A stretch of 64,000 bases of DNA from Bdellovibrionales bacterium (GTDB taxonomy: Bacteria; Bdellovibrionota; Bdellovibrionia; Bdellovibrionales; JAUICD01). This document shows, piece after piece, positions 9,689 through 19,346 of this stretch. The position numbers were made by a program, and so were the translations under genes. The stretch is taken from NCBI GenBank assembly GCA_965262715.1, contig OZ253553.1, forward strand, positions 832,001-896,000, in the 5' to 3' direction. The number at the start of each line of letters is the position of its first letter. Within the stretch, counting starts at the first letter, position 1. Below the pieces are notes generated by a model. The model did no database searches. It had not been told where the DNA came from and worked only from the letters and a program-made list of their open reading frames with translations.

Positions 9689-10912
9689 ATGTATGATATC
9701 AAGTTACCTGAGATTGGCGAAGGGGTTAATGAAGGTGAGCTATTAAAGTGGCTTGTCAAGGAAGGGGATGCTGTCAAGGTGGATCAGGGTCTTGTGGAGA
9801 TTTTAACAGATAAAGCATCTGTTGAAATTCCAAGTGCTGTGACGGGAACAGTGGAATCTCTTAAAGCTAATGTTGGAGATATGATTGAAGTAGGGCAGAC
9901 CTTAATGACTGTAAAGTTATCACAAGAATCTTCACAAAAAGTTGCCCAGCAAGTAACAAGCAATTATAAAGAAAGTTCTCAATCTGCTATTATTAAAGAT
10001 GCAAGAGCTGAAGATTCATCTGTAAAAAAGTTAAAAGACACCTCCGAGCAGGTATTGGCAACTCCTTCAACAAGGAGACTTGCTCAAAAATTAGATGTTG
10101 ATATCACTCAAGTTTCAGGTACAGGCAATATTGGCCGTGTGACACGAGAGGATGTAGAGAAAGCTTTCAAAACTGGTCATTCGCCGAGACAAGCTATTTC
10201 TGCAAAAGCAGATTTGAAGGACGAGGTGATTCCTTTAAGAGGTATTCGTAGAAAAATTGCAGAGAGGATGCAATTAGCTAAACAAACCATACCTCATTTT
10301 TCTATTATGGATGAGGCAAATGTCACTCAGTTGGTTCAATTAAGGGCAAAATGCAAAGAGCATTTTAAAGATGTTAAAATCACTTACCTACCTTTTATAA
10401 TGAAGGCACTTGTTTCTGCGTGTAAGGATTTTCCTATGTTAAATGCTTCTATAGATAAGGATCAAATTATCTATAGAAAGAATTTTCATATTGGCTTTGC
10501 AGCAGATACACCTGACGGACTTTTAGTTCCTGTGATTAAAAATGCAGATCAAAAAACCATTTTACAGATCAGTCAAGAAATAGAAGGCTTAGCCAATAAG
10601 GCGAAAGCAGGAAGACTCACATTAGAAGAGATGACAGGCAGTACTATCACTATTACAAATATTGGTAGTATTGGAGGCTCCTATGCTACACCTATTATCA
10701 ATCCACCTGAGGTAGCTATTATTGGCTTGTACCGCATAAAAAAAACACCAGTATTTAAAGATGGAGCTATTGAATCTGTTGATATGATGAATCTTTCATG
10801 TACAGCAGATCACAGATTGATTGATGGAGCGGTTGCTGCTAGGTTTTTGAAAACATTGATTCAGAAAATAGAAACCCCCGCTTTTTTAATAATAGATAAC
10901 TTAAGTATTTAA
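9689..10912 (+). CDS. 2-oxo-acid dehydrogenase E2 (dihydrolipoamide acyltransferase)
   Basis: Lipoyl domain (TDKA), E3-binding domain, catalytic DHRLIDGA. ATG 9689 has an AAGGAG RBS; alternative start 9668. Confidence 0.95.
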   Translation: MYDIKLPEIGEGVNEGELLKWLVKEGDAVKVDQGLVEILTDKASVEIPSAVTGTVESLKANVGDMIEVGQTLMTVKLSQESSQKVAQQVTSNYKESSQSAIIKDARAEDSSVKKLKDTSEQVLATPSTRRLAQKLDVDITQVSGTGNIGRVTREDVEKAFKTGHSPRQAISAKADLKDEVIPLRGIRRKIAERMQLAKQTIPHFSIMDEANVTQLVQLRAKCKEHFKDVKITYLPFIMKALVSACKDFPMLNASIDKDQIIYRKNFHIGFAADTPDGLLVPVIKNADQKTILQISQEIEGLANKAKAGRLTLEEMTGSTITITNIGSIGGSYATPIINPPEVAIIGLYRIKKTPVFKDGAIESVDMMNLSCTADHRLIDGAVAARFLKTLIQKIETPAFLIIDNLSI

Positions 10913-10964
10913 ATAATCTAAATCGTATTTCTCAGATTACTTCGATAAACTGAAAGGAGATATT

Positions 10965-12374
10965 TTGAAAGAGAAAACTTATGATGTTGTTGTTATCGGT
11001 GCGGGGCCTGGAGGCTATGTCTCTGCTATTCGATCATCACAATTAGGGTTGAAGACAGCTATTGTTGAAAAAAAGTATATGGGTGGAGTTTGTTTAAATG
11101 TAGGCTGTGTCCCTTCAAAAGCTCTTATAACTGCTTCTGAATTTTTTTATAAGTTAGCGCATGATGCTAAGGCTATGGGTATCTCAATCAATGGCTCTGC
11201 TTCTGTGGATATGAATAAACTGCAAAAGTGGAAAGAGTCTATTTGTAAAAAAATGTCATCTGGAATTTCTTCTCTGCTTAAAGGTAACAAAGTTGATATT
11301 GTTAATGGAGAAGCCTCATTTATTTCTCCAGAAAAGCTGGAAGTCAAATTACAAAATGATGATGTTCAATATATTCGCTCTAAATATTTTGTTTTGGCAA
11401 TGGGATCTTCTCCTATAGAGTTACCTCAATTTACTTTTGATGAAAAAAATATTTTATCTTCTACAGGGGGTCTTAACTTTCAGGAAGTTCCTAAAAGGAT
11501 TACTGTCATTGGTGGTGGTTATATTGGTTTAGAGATTGCAGGTTATTTGTGCCACTTAGGTTCCAAGGTAACTGTATTAGAAGCTAGTTCAGAGTTTTTA
11601 GGTGGACTAGCAGATAAAGATATAACTGAGGTGATAATAAAACATTTTAAAAAAATAGGTGTAACTCTTTTAACAAATTGCAAAGCACAATCTTGGAAGT
11701 CTAAAGGCGAAGATTTAATTGTAAATGTTGATATTCAAGGTCAAAAGCAGGATATATTAACTGATAAAATATTGATTGCAGTTGGAAGAAGGCCTAATTC
11801 TGATCAAGCAAATATAAAAGGAATTGGCTTAGAATTTGATAAAGGTTTTGTTAAAGTAGATAAGCAAAGGCGTACAAATATTCCTCATATTTTTGCTATC
11901 GGAGATATTGCAGGTCAACCTATGCTAGCGCATAAAGCAAGTTATGAGGGTATTTTAGTGGCTGAAGTCTTGGCAGGTAAAAAACGTATTTTTGATGCAA
12001 AGGTCATTCCATCTGTTGTTTTCACACATCCAGAATTTGCCTCTGTAGGCTTAAGTGAGAGAGAGTGTCAAGAGCAAGGATTATCAGTAAAGATAAGCCG
12101 GTTTCCATTTGCGGCAAATGCAAGAGCGTTTTGTTTTCAAGAGGTGAGCGGCTTTGTTAAGATGATTGCTGATTCTCGTAATGATTTGATTTTGGGAGTT
12201 CATATTGTAGGTCCTCAGGCAAGTCAATTAATCAGTGAGGCAGCACTTGCTATAGAGATGGGAGCGACATTAGAAGACATGGCATGTACTATTCATCCAC
12301 ATCCAACTCTTAGTGAAACTTTGATGGAGTCTTGTGAAGCGGCATTAGGGTATCCAATTCATATTTTACGTTAA
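10965..12374 (+). CDS. lpdA: Dihydrolipoamide dehydrogenase (E3)
   Basis: GAGPGGY, GGVCLNVGCVPSK, HPHPTLSE. Confidence 0.97.
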   Translation: MKEKTYDVVVIGAGPGGYVSAIRSSQLGLKTAIVEKKYMGGVCLNVGCVPSKALITASEFFYKLAHDAKAMGISINGSASVDMNKLQKWKESICKKMSSGISSLLKGNKVDIVNGEASFISPEKLEVKLQNDDVQYIRSKYFVLAMGSSPIELPQFTFDEKNILSSTGGLNFQEVPKRITVIGGGYIGLEIAGYLCHLGSKVTVLEASSEFLGGLADKDITEVIIKHFKKIGVTLLTNCKAQSWKSKGEDLIVNVDIQGQKQDILTDKILIAVGRRPNSDQANIKGIGLEFDKGFVKVDKQRRTNIPHIFAIGDIAGQPMLAHKASYEGILVAEVLAGKKRIFDAKVIPSVVFTHPEFASVGLSERECQEQGLSVKISRFPFAANARAFCFQEVSGFVKMIADSRNDLILGVHIVGPQASQLISEAALAIEMGATLEDMACTIHPHPTLSETLMESCEAALGYPIHILR

Positions 12375-12497
12375 TTTCTAGAATAGAATTTTTAATGGCT
12401 GTATTGTATAGAGAAAGATAGTTAAGTGTATAAAAATTTTATATTTTAGCTTATACGATAAATTATTCTTAGTATCTGTGTATGTAAGTATTATGAG

Positions 12498-13118
12498 TTG
12501 TGGTTTATGGGTAATGTTAGTTTGCAGTGTGTAGATTTAGGTTTGATTCCTTATAAGAAGGCTTTAGACTTTCAGTTGCAGTTGTTAGAAAAAGTGTATA
12601 AAAAAATAGCTGATGAAACATTGATTGTTTGTCGTCACCCTTTTGTATTAACTGTTGGGAGAAGTGCTAAGGAAAGTGATATTCAAAACTGGAATGGAGA
12701 AATTGTTAAGATACAAAGAGGTGGTGGAGTTACATTTCATGGACCAGGGCAGATTATCATTTATCCTATTTTAGATTTAAGGAAAAGAAATCAGGATTTG
12801 CATAGCTTTTTAAGAAAATTAGAAAAAAGTGTTATAGAAACATTAAAGTTTTATGATATTAAAGCATCTTGTAGAGATGGTGCAACGGGAGTTTGGGTAG
12901 GTGATAAAAAGATAACTTCTATTGGGATAGGAGTTAAAAAATGGATTTCCTACCATGGACTTGCCTTTAACTTTAAAAATGAATTCCTAAATCAAGGTAG
13001 CTTTAGTCCTTGTGGTTTTTCTCAAGATACTATGATAGGATTTACAGATATTGTAAGCGATGTTGACTTCGAAGAAGTTCAAAAAAAGCTTATTACACAA
13101 TTAAATAAGCTTTTTTAG
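12498..13118 (+). CDS. lipB: Octanoyltransferase
   Basis: RGGGVTFHGPGQ, KITSIG, HGLAFN, PCG. Confidence 0.95.
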   Translation: MWFMGNVSLQCVDLGLIPYKKALDFQLQLLEKVYKKIADETLIVCRHPFVLTVGRSAKESDIQNWNGEIVKIQRGGGVTFHGPGQIIIYPILDLRKRNQDLHSFLRKLEKSVIETLKFYDIKASCRDGATGVWVGDKKITSIGIGVKKWISYHGLAFNFKNEFLNQGSFSPCGFSQDTMIGFTDIVSDVDFEEVQKKLITQLNKLF

Positions 13119-13378
13119 AATTTCATCAGATAGTAAAATGACTAAAGGGTTTTCTTAGATTTCTTAGGTTTTTCTGGATAAAAGGACTCAACGTATCTAT
13201 TCTCGAGAGGTTTTTCATAATATGAATGAGTGTATTCATTGTAATGAGTATCATTACTTATAAAGTGACATCCATTCATCGCATAGAGTTGGTGTTATAG
13301 GCTCTTATTTAAAGTATATTAGATCATCAATAATAATAGTGCCAGTGTTTCCTTCTTCTACTACTTTCAATGGTTGTT

Positions 13379-13846
13379 TCAATGATTGTTGAAAAGGGTC
13401 CTTCTTATGTCTTCTATTCTTTCTATTATTCTTAGCTTGGCTTGTACTAAAGCTACTGTGACTCTATGAGTGTCGTCTCTATTCAAAGCTTCTGCAAGAG
13501 GTGTAATAGTTGTTTTTCTAAACCATCCCCTTTTAAACGATGGCATGCTAGGGTTTGCTCCAGCTTCCAATAAGGCTATAACAATTTCAAACCAATCATC
13601 GGAATCGTAGTTGTCATGAAAGGCATGTCTAACAGCTACAATTAATGGTGTATTGCCACCTTCATCTGTAATGTTGGGGTCTATATCTGCTTCTAATATT
13701 TCATCAATCCATGCTCGGTCTCCTAATGTTGATCTCATGTTATTTATTGTGGTTGTGGTCACTCCAAAACGTTGGGCAGCAGAAATTGTACCGGTCATTG
13801 ATATTAATGTAAAAATTGAAATAATTTTAAAATAAAAAGATGTCAT
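13379..13846 (-). CDS. Secreted ankyrin-repeat protein
   Basis: Signal peptide; GNTPLIVAV and LLEAGANP ankyrin motifs. Confidence 0.8.
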   Translation of the reverse strand: MTSFYFKIISIFTLISMTGTISAAQRFGVTTTTINNMRSTLGDRAWIDEILEADIDPNITDEGGNTPLIVAVRHAFHDNYDSDDWFEIVIALLEAGANPSMPSFKRGWFRKTTITPLAEALNRDDTHRVTVALVQAKLRIIERIEDIRRTLFNNH

Positions 13847-14126
13847 TATAATTTCTCCTTGTAATTTAAGATTTAGATTTTTAATTAAATATTATTGTTA
13901 AAATTTTTTATCAAAATTATTATAGGCGCTAGAGGTTTGAGTTAGATATTTATCTAAGTCTTGTCAATAATAAAAACCAACAAACCACTAACACCCTAAA
14001 TAATTCATATTAAAGAGAATTGATCCATTCAAGACATGAGCTTGATACATCTACATCTTCTTCTAAACTTTATATCTTAACAGTGCTGCATTCTTGCAAG
14101 CTTTTAGTTGTATTTTAAGCAAATTT

Positions 14127-14170
14127 TGTAAACTTTACAGCATGTTGCATCAAATAATGTAAACTTTACA
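14127..14170. promoter_or_regulatory. Two TGTAAACTTTACA palindromes 31 bp apart (candidate regulator sites)
   Basis: Exact copies at 14127-14139 and 14158-14170 in the divergent intergenic region. Confidence 0.5.
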
Positions 14171-14336
14171 ATGTTTCTTAGAAAGTAAAATTAGATTTGT
14201 AAAATATAAAATTTTAAGTTATAACCTCATTAACTTTAGTTTTAAGTTTTAGTTTAAATCTACCAATACAAACAAATGAAATGAAAATAATTTGTAAAAT
14301 AAAAATAAAAGTTTTTAATTTAGGAGGAAATAAATA

Positions 14337-15023
14337 ATGAAATTTATAAAATCAATAAGTTTAGCTGTGTTATTTACTATTTATGGAATAAGTGGAGCTT
14401 TTGCTCAAGATGATAATCCTGACTCACTTATTAAACCTAAACCTGTAGATCCCAGTGAGTTAAATCGTCTTTTGAAGCCTTTAGGAATGGAGCCTTATCC
14501 TTTTATTAAACAACCTGATCTAAGGATTATAAACTCTATGGAAAAAAACTATACTTATCCAACTTTGGAAAATGATTTTAAATATTTGACACATGAAATA
14601 GTAGAAGATGCCTATGTTCTTGTGTTTGGGAACTTTGGAGGAGAAGAGCAATTTTTTGATGGATATCTTCATGACAGAGATTTTCCAGAAGGAGTGCAAT
14701 ATAGCATGATTTGTGATCCTTTATTTTGGGAAGGAGATGAGGAGGATATAAACTATCTCAGTCGATCTGGTTTTTTAGATCAAGAGGCTAATTGTTCTGA
14801 ATTTGATGGTCGTAATGTATTTCCTTTAATTCATACAACTTCACAAGATGATAGAGTAGAACTTTTTGTTATTCCTCTTATAGATGGGCATTCACGAAGT
14901 AGAGTGATGGGAGCTGTTTCAGAAGTACAGGAATTACTAGATGCTGCAGAGAGTGGTGAATATATGACAGCTTTTGAAATAAGAAGCTTAATTGATGATC
15001 AATTAACTCGTTATGATAGATAG
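14337..15023 (+). CDS. Secreted hypothetical protein, paralog 1 of 3 (VEDAYxxVFGNFGG family)
   Basis: AGGAGG RBS; signal peptide ending GAFAQ; motifs shared with the next two ORFs. Confidence 0.85.
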   Translation: MKFIKSISLAVLFTIYGISGAFAQDDNPDSLIKPKPVDPSELNRLLKPLGMEPYPFIKQPDLRIINSMEKNYTYPTLENDFKYLTHEIVEDAYVLVFGNFGGEEQFFDGYLHDRDFPEGVQYSMICDPLFWEGDEEDINYLSRSGFLDQEANCSEFDGRNVFPLIHTTSQDDRVELFVIPLIDGHSRSRVMGAVSEVQELLDAAESGEYMTAFEIRSLIDDQLTRYDR

Positions 15024-15057
15024 AATTTTTAAAATTTTTTAAAGGAGAAAAAGAATT

Positions 15058-15753
15058 ATGAAATTTGTAAAATTAATGAGTTTAATTTTACTATTTATTA
15101 TTTGTGGAACAAGTGGAGTTTTTGCACAAAATACTTCTAAACCTATGCAAAGAGAGTTGATTGGATTACTGAATCTTGAATATCCAAACAACAACTCTCA
15201 AAGCCTACTTAATATCTATGAAGAAGTGAGGAGATGGACTGTCAATCTTAAACTTGAAGAGGCACGTGAAGCTTACGAAGAATCTAGAAGTAATGTTCTA
15301 GATAATACTCATACAGTGGAAGATGCTTATCTCTTAGTGTTTGGAAATTTTGGAGGAGAAGAGCCATTTTTTGATCAATATTTTGACCGATATCCTCATG
15401 ATACAAATATTTTAGTTCCTGAGGGAATACAGACTGATTTTGTTTGTTATGAGACATTTTGGTCAACTCTTAATGTAACCTATTTTCCTCGTCGTACGGA
15501 TTATGATTCAACTTGTAATCCAAATGAAAATCATAATCTTCTTTCCTTGTTTCATTCAGTATTAAGAGATACGGAAGTCTTTGTGATCCCTTTCCGTGGA
15601 AGGTTTTCATTGGATATCTTAAGATTAGCTGTTTCAATGGTGCAAGCTGATATGAGACATAGTGATGAATATCAGACAGCTCTACAAATAAAAAGTTCAA
15701 TCCTTGATTATTATGTGGCAATTATGAGAACAGAAGGTCAAGAGGAATTATAA
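15058..15753 (+). CDS. Secreted hypothetical protein, paralog 2 of 3
   Basis: AAGGAG RBS; signal peptide; VEDAYLLVFGNFGGEE. Confidence 0.85.
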   Translation: MKFVKLMSLILLFIICGTSGVFAQNTSKPMQRELIGLLNLEYPNNNSQSLLNIYEEVRRWTVNLKLEEAREAYEESRSNVLDNTHTVEDAYLLVFGNFGGEEPFFDQYFDRYPHDTNILVPEGIQTDFVCYETFWSTLNVTYFPRRTDYDSTCNPNENHNLLSLFHSVLRDTEVFVIPFRGRFSLDILRLAVSMVQADMRHSDEYQTALQIKSSILDYYVAIMRTEGQEEL

Positions 15754-15872
15754 ATTTATTTGTGCCATACTTAATTTGGCAGTTGTATTATAATATAGGA
15801 AAAGGCAGTTAATTGATGACCAATTAACTGATAGATAGAATTTTTAAAATTTTTTAAAGGAGAAAAAAAATT

Positions 15873-16577
15873 ATGAAGTTTGTAAAATTAATGAGTTTAA
15901 TTTTATTAGTTATTATTTGTGGAACAAGTGGAGCTTTTGCACAAAACTCTTCATTGACTCATCAGATTTATGAGTCATGGACTATTGATCCTAAGCTTGA
16001 AAAGATGTTTGAAGGTTATGAAACATCTTGGACTATCAATCCTGAACTTGAAGCAAGACTTCAACCTTATGAGACATCTTGGACTGTTATTGATCCTAGG
16101 TTTGAAGGTTATAAGTACAACCTTATAGACAATAATAGTACAGTGGAAGATGCTTATGTTGCTGTATTTGGAAATTTTGGTGGAAAAGAGATTTTATATC
16201 CTCCTTATGATGTTGATTTACCAGATGAGATGAGGGGCATTCCTATTGTATGTCATGTCTCATTTTGGGTAAATTTAAATGAAGGATATTCTCCTAATCT
16301 TGGCCCATTTTTTACTGAAATACATACTTGTCCTTCAGATATTATTGAAAGTTATGAGGTCTTTTCTTTATTCCATCCAATATCACACAGCCAAAATGGA
16401 GTAGGTTATTTTGTTATTCCTCTTAAGGATATTGGGCTTTCGCAAGATGTTTTGGAAGATGCCATTTTAATGGAGCAAGCTGAATTAATAAGCTCCATAG
16501 AAAGTGATGAATATATGACACCTCGTGAAATAAAGACTTTAATTAAGAAATCAATAAAGTTAACTATTGAGAGATAG
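15873..16577 (+). CDS. Secreted hypothetical protein, paralog 3 of 3, with three short YExSWTIxP repeats
   Basis: Signal peptide nearly identical to paralog 2; VEDAYVAVFGNFGGKE. Confidence 0.85.
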   Translation: MKFVKLMSLILLVIICGTSGAFAQNSSLTHQIYESWTIDPKLEKMFEGYETSWTINPELEARLQPYETSWTVIDPRFEGYKYNLIDNNSTVEDAYVAVFGNFGGKEILYPPYDVDLPDEMRGIPIVCHVSFWVNLNEGYSPNLGPFFTEIHTCPSDIIESYEVFSLFHPISHSQNGVGYFVIPLKDIGLSQDVLEDAILMEQAELISSIESDEYMTPREIKTLIKKSIKLTIER

Positions 16578-16748
16578 TAATTTCTTTCAGTATGGGCATT
16601 CATCATGTTGTGGAAGATCGTCGGTAATGTTAAACCATAAACATTTATCTTTAACAAAAATATGCTTTTCTGGTTGAATACCAATTTCATTATCAAATAG
16701 GCCTGCACTCATAAATATTCTATCAGGCTTTTTATGATAAAAGTAAAT
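16503..16748. repeat. 246-bp direct repeat (left target duplication of IS1634 element 1); partner at 18695-18940
   Basis: Sequence matches on both sides and abuts the IS ends exactly. Confidence 0.93.
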
Positions 16749-18694
16749 CCTGAGTTTGGCAGTTGAAAAAACAAAGTTGAGTAATTTTAATTACTTAAGG
16801 GCGCATTGGAATTTTGTGCCACTAGGTTTTTGTTTTGTGGTAGAGATTTAAGAGATTGTTTGTAGGTTTAAGTAGATTCAATTTTAAGTTGTTTTGATGG
16901 GATCTTAACTCCTATAGCTTTAAATACATCAGCGTTATTGCCATAAATATCTGTTCTTATCCAAATAGTTTTGTTTTTATATCTGACAGGTATAGCTCGT
17001 ACTTCTTTCAGCTTTGACATAGCTTCCGCTACACTCAATGGCCTTGACTTTATTTTCTTGTCTGTGATTGCTTTATCTTTTAATGTGATGTTTCTTTGAT
17101 GTAACTTCTTTGCAAAGTAAGCCTCACATAAGTAAGATAAAAAACACACAACTAAATGACCTAATATCCTCTTATCTGTCCAGTGGAACATAGGACGTGT
17201 CTTTAATGTACCCTTCAACTCTCTAAATGAATTCTCTACCTTCCATAATTGCTTATAGTTCATTATAATCTCTTCAGAGCTTAAATCTGTATTTGTAATT
17301 ATTCCAAAAAAACCATCTGTCCTCTCTGATTGTTCTATAGCTGACTTATTTAAAGTAGGCTTGCCTTTACTCTTAGGATGAACAATATACTTCTTATAAT
17401 TACTATTAGATAAAAAAGATCTTGTGCTTATGGACTTCTTTGATAATTGAGCTTCTATCTTAGATAGAATGTCTTCTCTTACTTTCTTATCTCGTTCTGC
17501 TCTCTTTCTTGACCAGGTAATTATACAACGATCATTATTATAACTTGTTTCGTATATAGCTAAATCTTCATTTATAAATTTAAAATTCTTTAAATTGTAT
17601 ATCTCTGCATGACGATCCTTTAATAAACCTAGCTTTAATCCTACTATAAATTCATCTCCCTTTGCTTTTACTGATTGGAGATTCTCATTAGAAAATAAAC
17701 CTCTATCTCCTACTAATATAAATCTTCTGACCTTAAACTTCTTTTTTAGCTTCGTCATAACTGAAGGTATTGTTTTACCTTCAAATGTATTCCCAGGATA
17801 AACATCAAATCCTAAAGGCATACCTTCTGTATCTATTAAAAGTCCAAATACCACTTGTGTACAATCACTCCTCTTCTCTTTGCTATAACCAAACCTTCGA
17901 AGATTAGCTAAATCCTCACGGGTACTCTCAAATCTCAATGTCGTTAAATCATACAAAATAACATCACACTCATTGAAAAAACTTAATTGAGACTTACCTC
18001 GCATATAAAGAGTCTTCTCTATATCTTCCTTATGCTTACTTAGAATATCTAAAGAACGATAAATATCATCGATCTTAATATCCTTCTCTAAAAAATCAGG
18101 GTAAAATAACTTCTGCCAATGAGAATATAACTTTAACTTAGAGCATGGCTCTATAAATCGATTCACAACCAATGTAAAAACTATCTTCATAAGATCGAAT
18201 CCAACTTTAGGATGCTTCTGCTTCAAATCTGTTAATAATTCATAGAGGTTTAATTGTTTGAAAATAGTATCTATAATAAGTAAGGGGCCTAATATAAAAG
18301 TGTCTTTAACATCAATCTCTTTAGCTATTTCACTGGCAGATACAACATCTAAATGACGGTTTATAAGTTTAGATATGTCTTCTAATCGAGCATCTTTAGC
18401 TCGGCCTAAAGACATGAGGGTCCTGTGATTACTTTTACCATCTTTCCAATAGCTTTCAGCTATGTGATAGTAAGTTTGGCCTCTGGAGTTTTTTGTCTTC
18501 TTTATGAACATAAAGATATACTAGAATGTAAAAATAAAAAATCAAGTAAAATAAGCGTATAATGCAATGTATATATAAAATTTATTTCACTAGGTTTTTG
18601 ACCAAAATTAAAAACCAATAACACCTAACTACTGTAAACAAAGCATTCCTTAAAAAAAATATCCCGAAAATTCAAATTAACTGCCAAACTCAGG
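16749..18694 (-). mobile_element. IS1634-family insertion sequence, apparently intact
   Basis: TIRs cctgagtttggcagtt / aactgccaaactcagg; 547-aa transposase; long direct repeats. Confidence 0.93.
16868..18511 (-). CDS. IS1634-family DDE transposase
   Basis: YDLTTLRFE, GYSKEKRSDC, VGDRG, YKQLWKVENSFRELK, RPMFHW. Confidence 0.93.
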   Translation of the reverse strand: MFIKKTKNSRGQTYYHIAESYWKDGKSNHRTLMSLGRAKDARLEDISKLINRHLDVVSASEIAKEIDVKDTFILGPLLIIDTIFKQLNLYELLTDLKQKHPKVGFDLMKIVFTLVVNRFIEPCSKLKLYSHWQKLFYPDFLEKDIKIDDIYRSLDILSKHKEDIEKTLYMRGKSQLSFFNECDVILYDLTTLRFESTREDLANLRRFGYSKEKRSDCTQVVFGLLIDTEGMPLGFDVYPGNTFEGKTIPSVMTKLKKKFKVRRFILVGDRGLFSNENLQSVKAKGDEFIVGLKLGLLKDRHAEIYNLKNFKFINEDLAIYETSYNNDRCIITWSRKRAERDKKVREDILSKIEAQLSKKSISTRSFLSNSNYKKYIVHPKSKGKPTLNKSAIEQSERTDGFFGIITNTDLSSEEIIMNYKQLWKVENSFRELKGTLKTRPMFHWTDKRILGHLVVCFLSYLCEAYFAKKLHQRNITLKDKAITDKKIKSRPLSVAEAMSKLKEVRAIPVRYKNKTIWIRTDIYGNNADVFKAIGVKIPSKQLKIEST

Positions 18695-18940
18695 AGTGAT
18701 GAATATATGACACCTCGTGAAATAAAGACTTTAATTAAGAAATCAATAAAGTTAACTATTGAGAGATAGTAATTTCTTTCAGTATGGGCATTCATCATGT
18801 TGTGGAAGATCGTCGGTAATGTTAAACCATAAACATTTATCTTTAACAAAAATATGCTTTTCTGGTTGAATACCAATTTCATTATCAAATAGGCCTGCAC
18901 TCATAAATATTCTATCAGGCTTTTTATGATAAAAGTAAAT
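18695..18940. repeat. 246-bp direct repeat (right target duplication of IS1634 element 1)
   Basis: Matches 16503-16748. Confidence 0.93.
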
Positions 18941-19189
18941 AAGAGATGAACCACATTTAGAACAGAAAGACCTGCTAGCCCATTGACTCGATGGAAATAA
19001 AGTTTCTAGATGCTCACCTTTAATATATTTAAATTTATCTTTTTTCACTCCAACAAAGGGACCGAACGGACCACCGCTAAATTTTTGGCACATTTTACAG
19101 TGACAAAATGCAAAATCAAATAAAGTGCCAGTGTACTCAAATTGGATACATCCACACAAACATGAACCTTTTTTTACATTATTCATCAA
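18779..19189 (-). CDS. GFA/CENP-V family Zn-binding protein
   Basis: GSCLCG, CHCKMCQK, RSFCSKCGS. Confidence 0.92.
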   Translation of the reverse strand: MMNNVKKGSCLCGCIQFEYTGTLFDFAFCHCKMCQKFSGGPFGPFVGVKKDKFKYIKGEHLETLFPSSQWASRSFCSKCGSSLIYFYHKKPDRIFMSAGLFDNEIGIQPEKHIFVKDKCLWFNITDDLPQHDECPY

Positions 19190-19346
19190 TCCCTCCTATT
19201 ATCAATAGTGATGAACTTTAGTTAGAAGTCATCTCAAAATTATTTCCTGTGCTCATGTTTTTAAAACAATAATTGCCTATTCTTTACAAAAGGTTTTTAT
19301 CAATACTATCTATCAAATAGGTAAAATTTTTATTACAGAGTTAATT

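Noticed and set aside
16406..18900. ORFs 16406-16708 and 18625-18900 as duplicated genes
   Set aside because: Alternative-frame products of the 246-bp IS direct repeat
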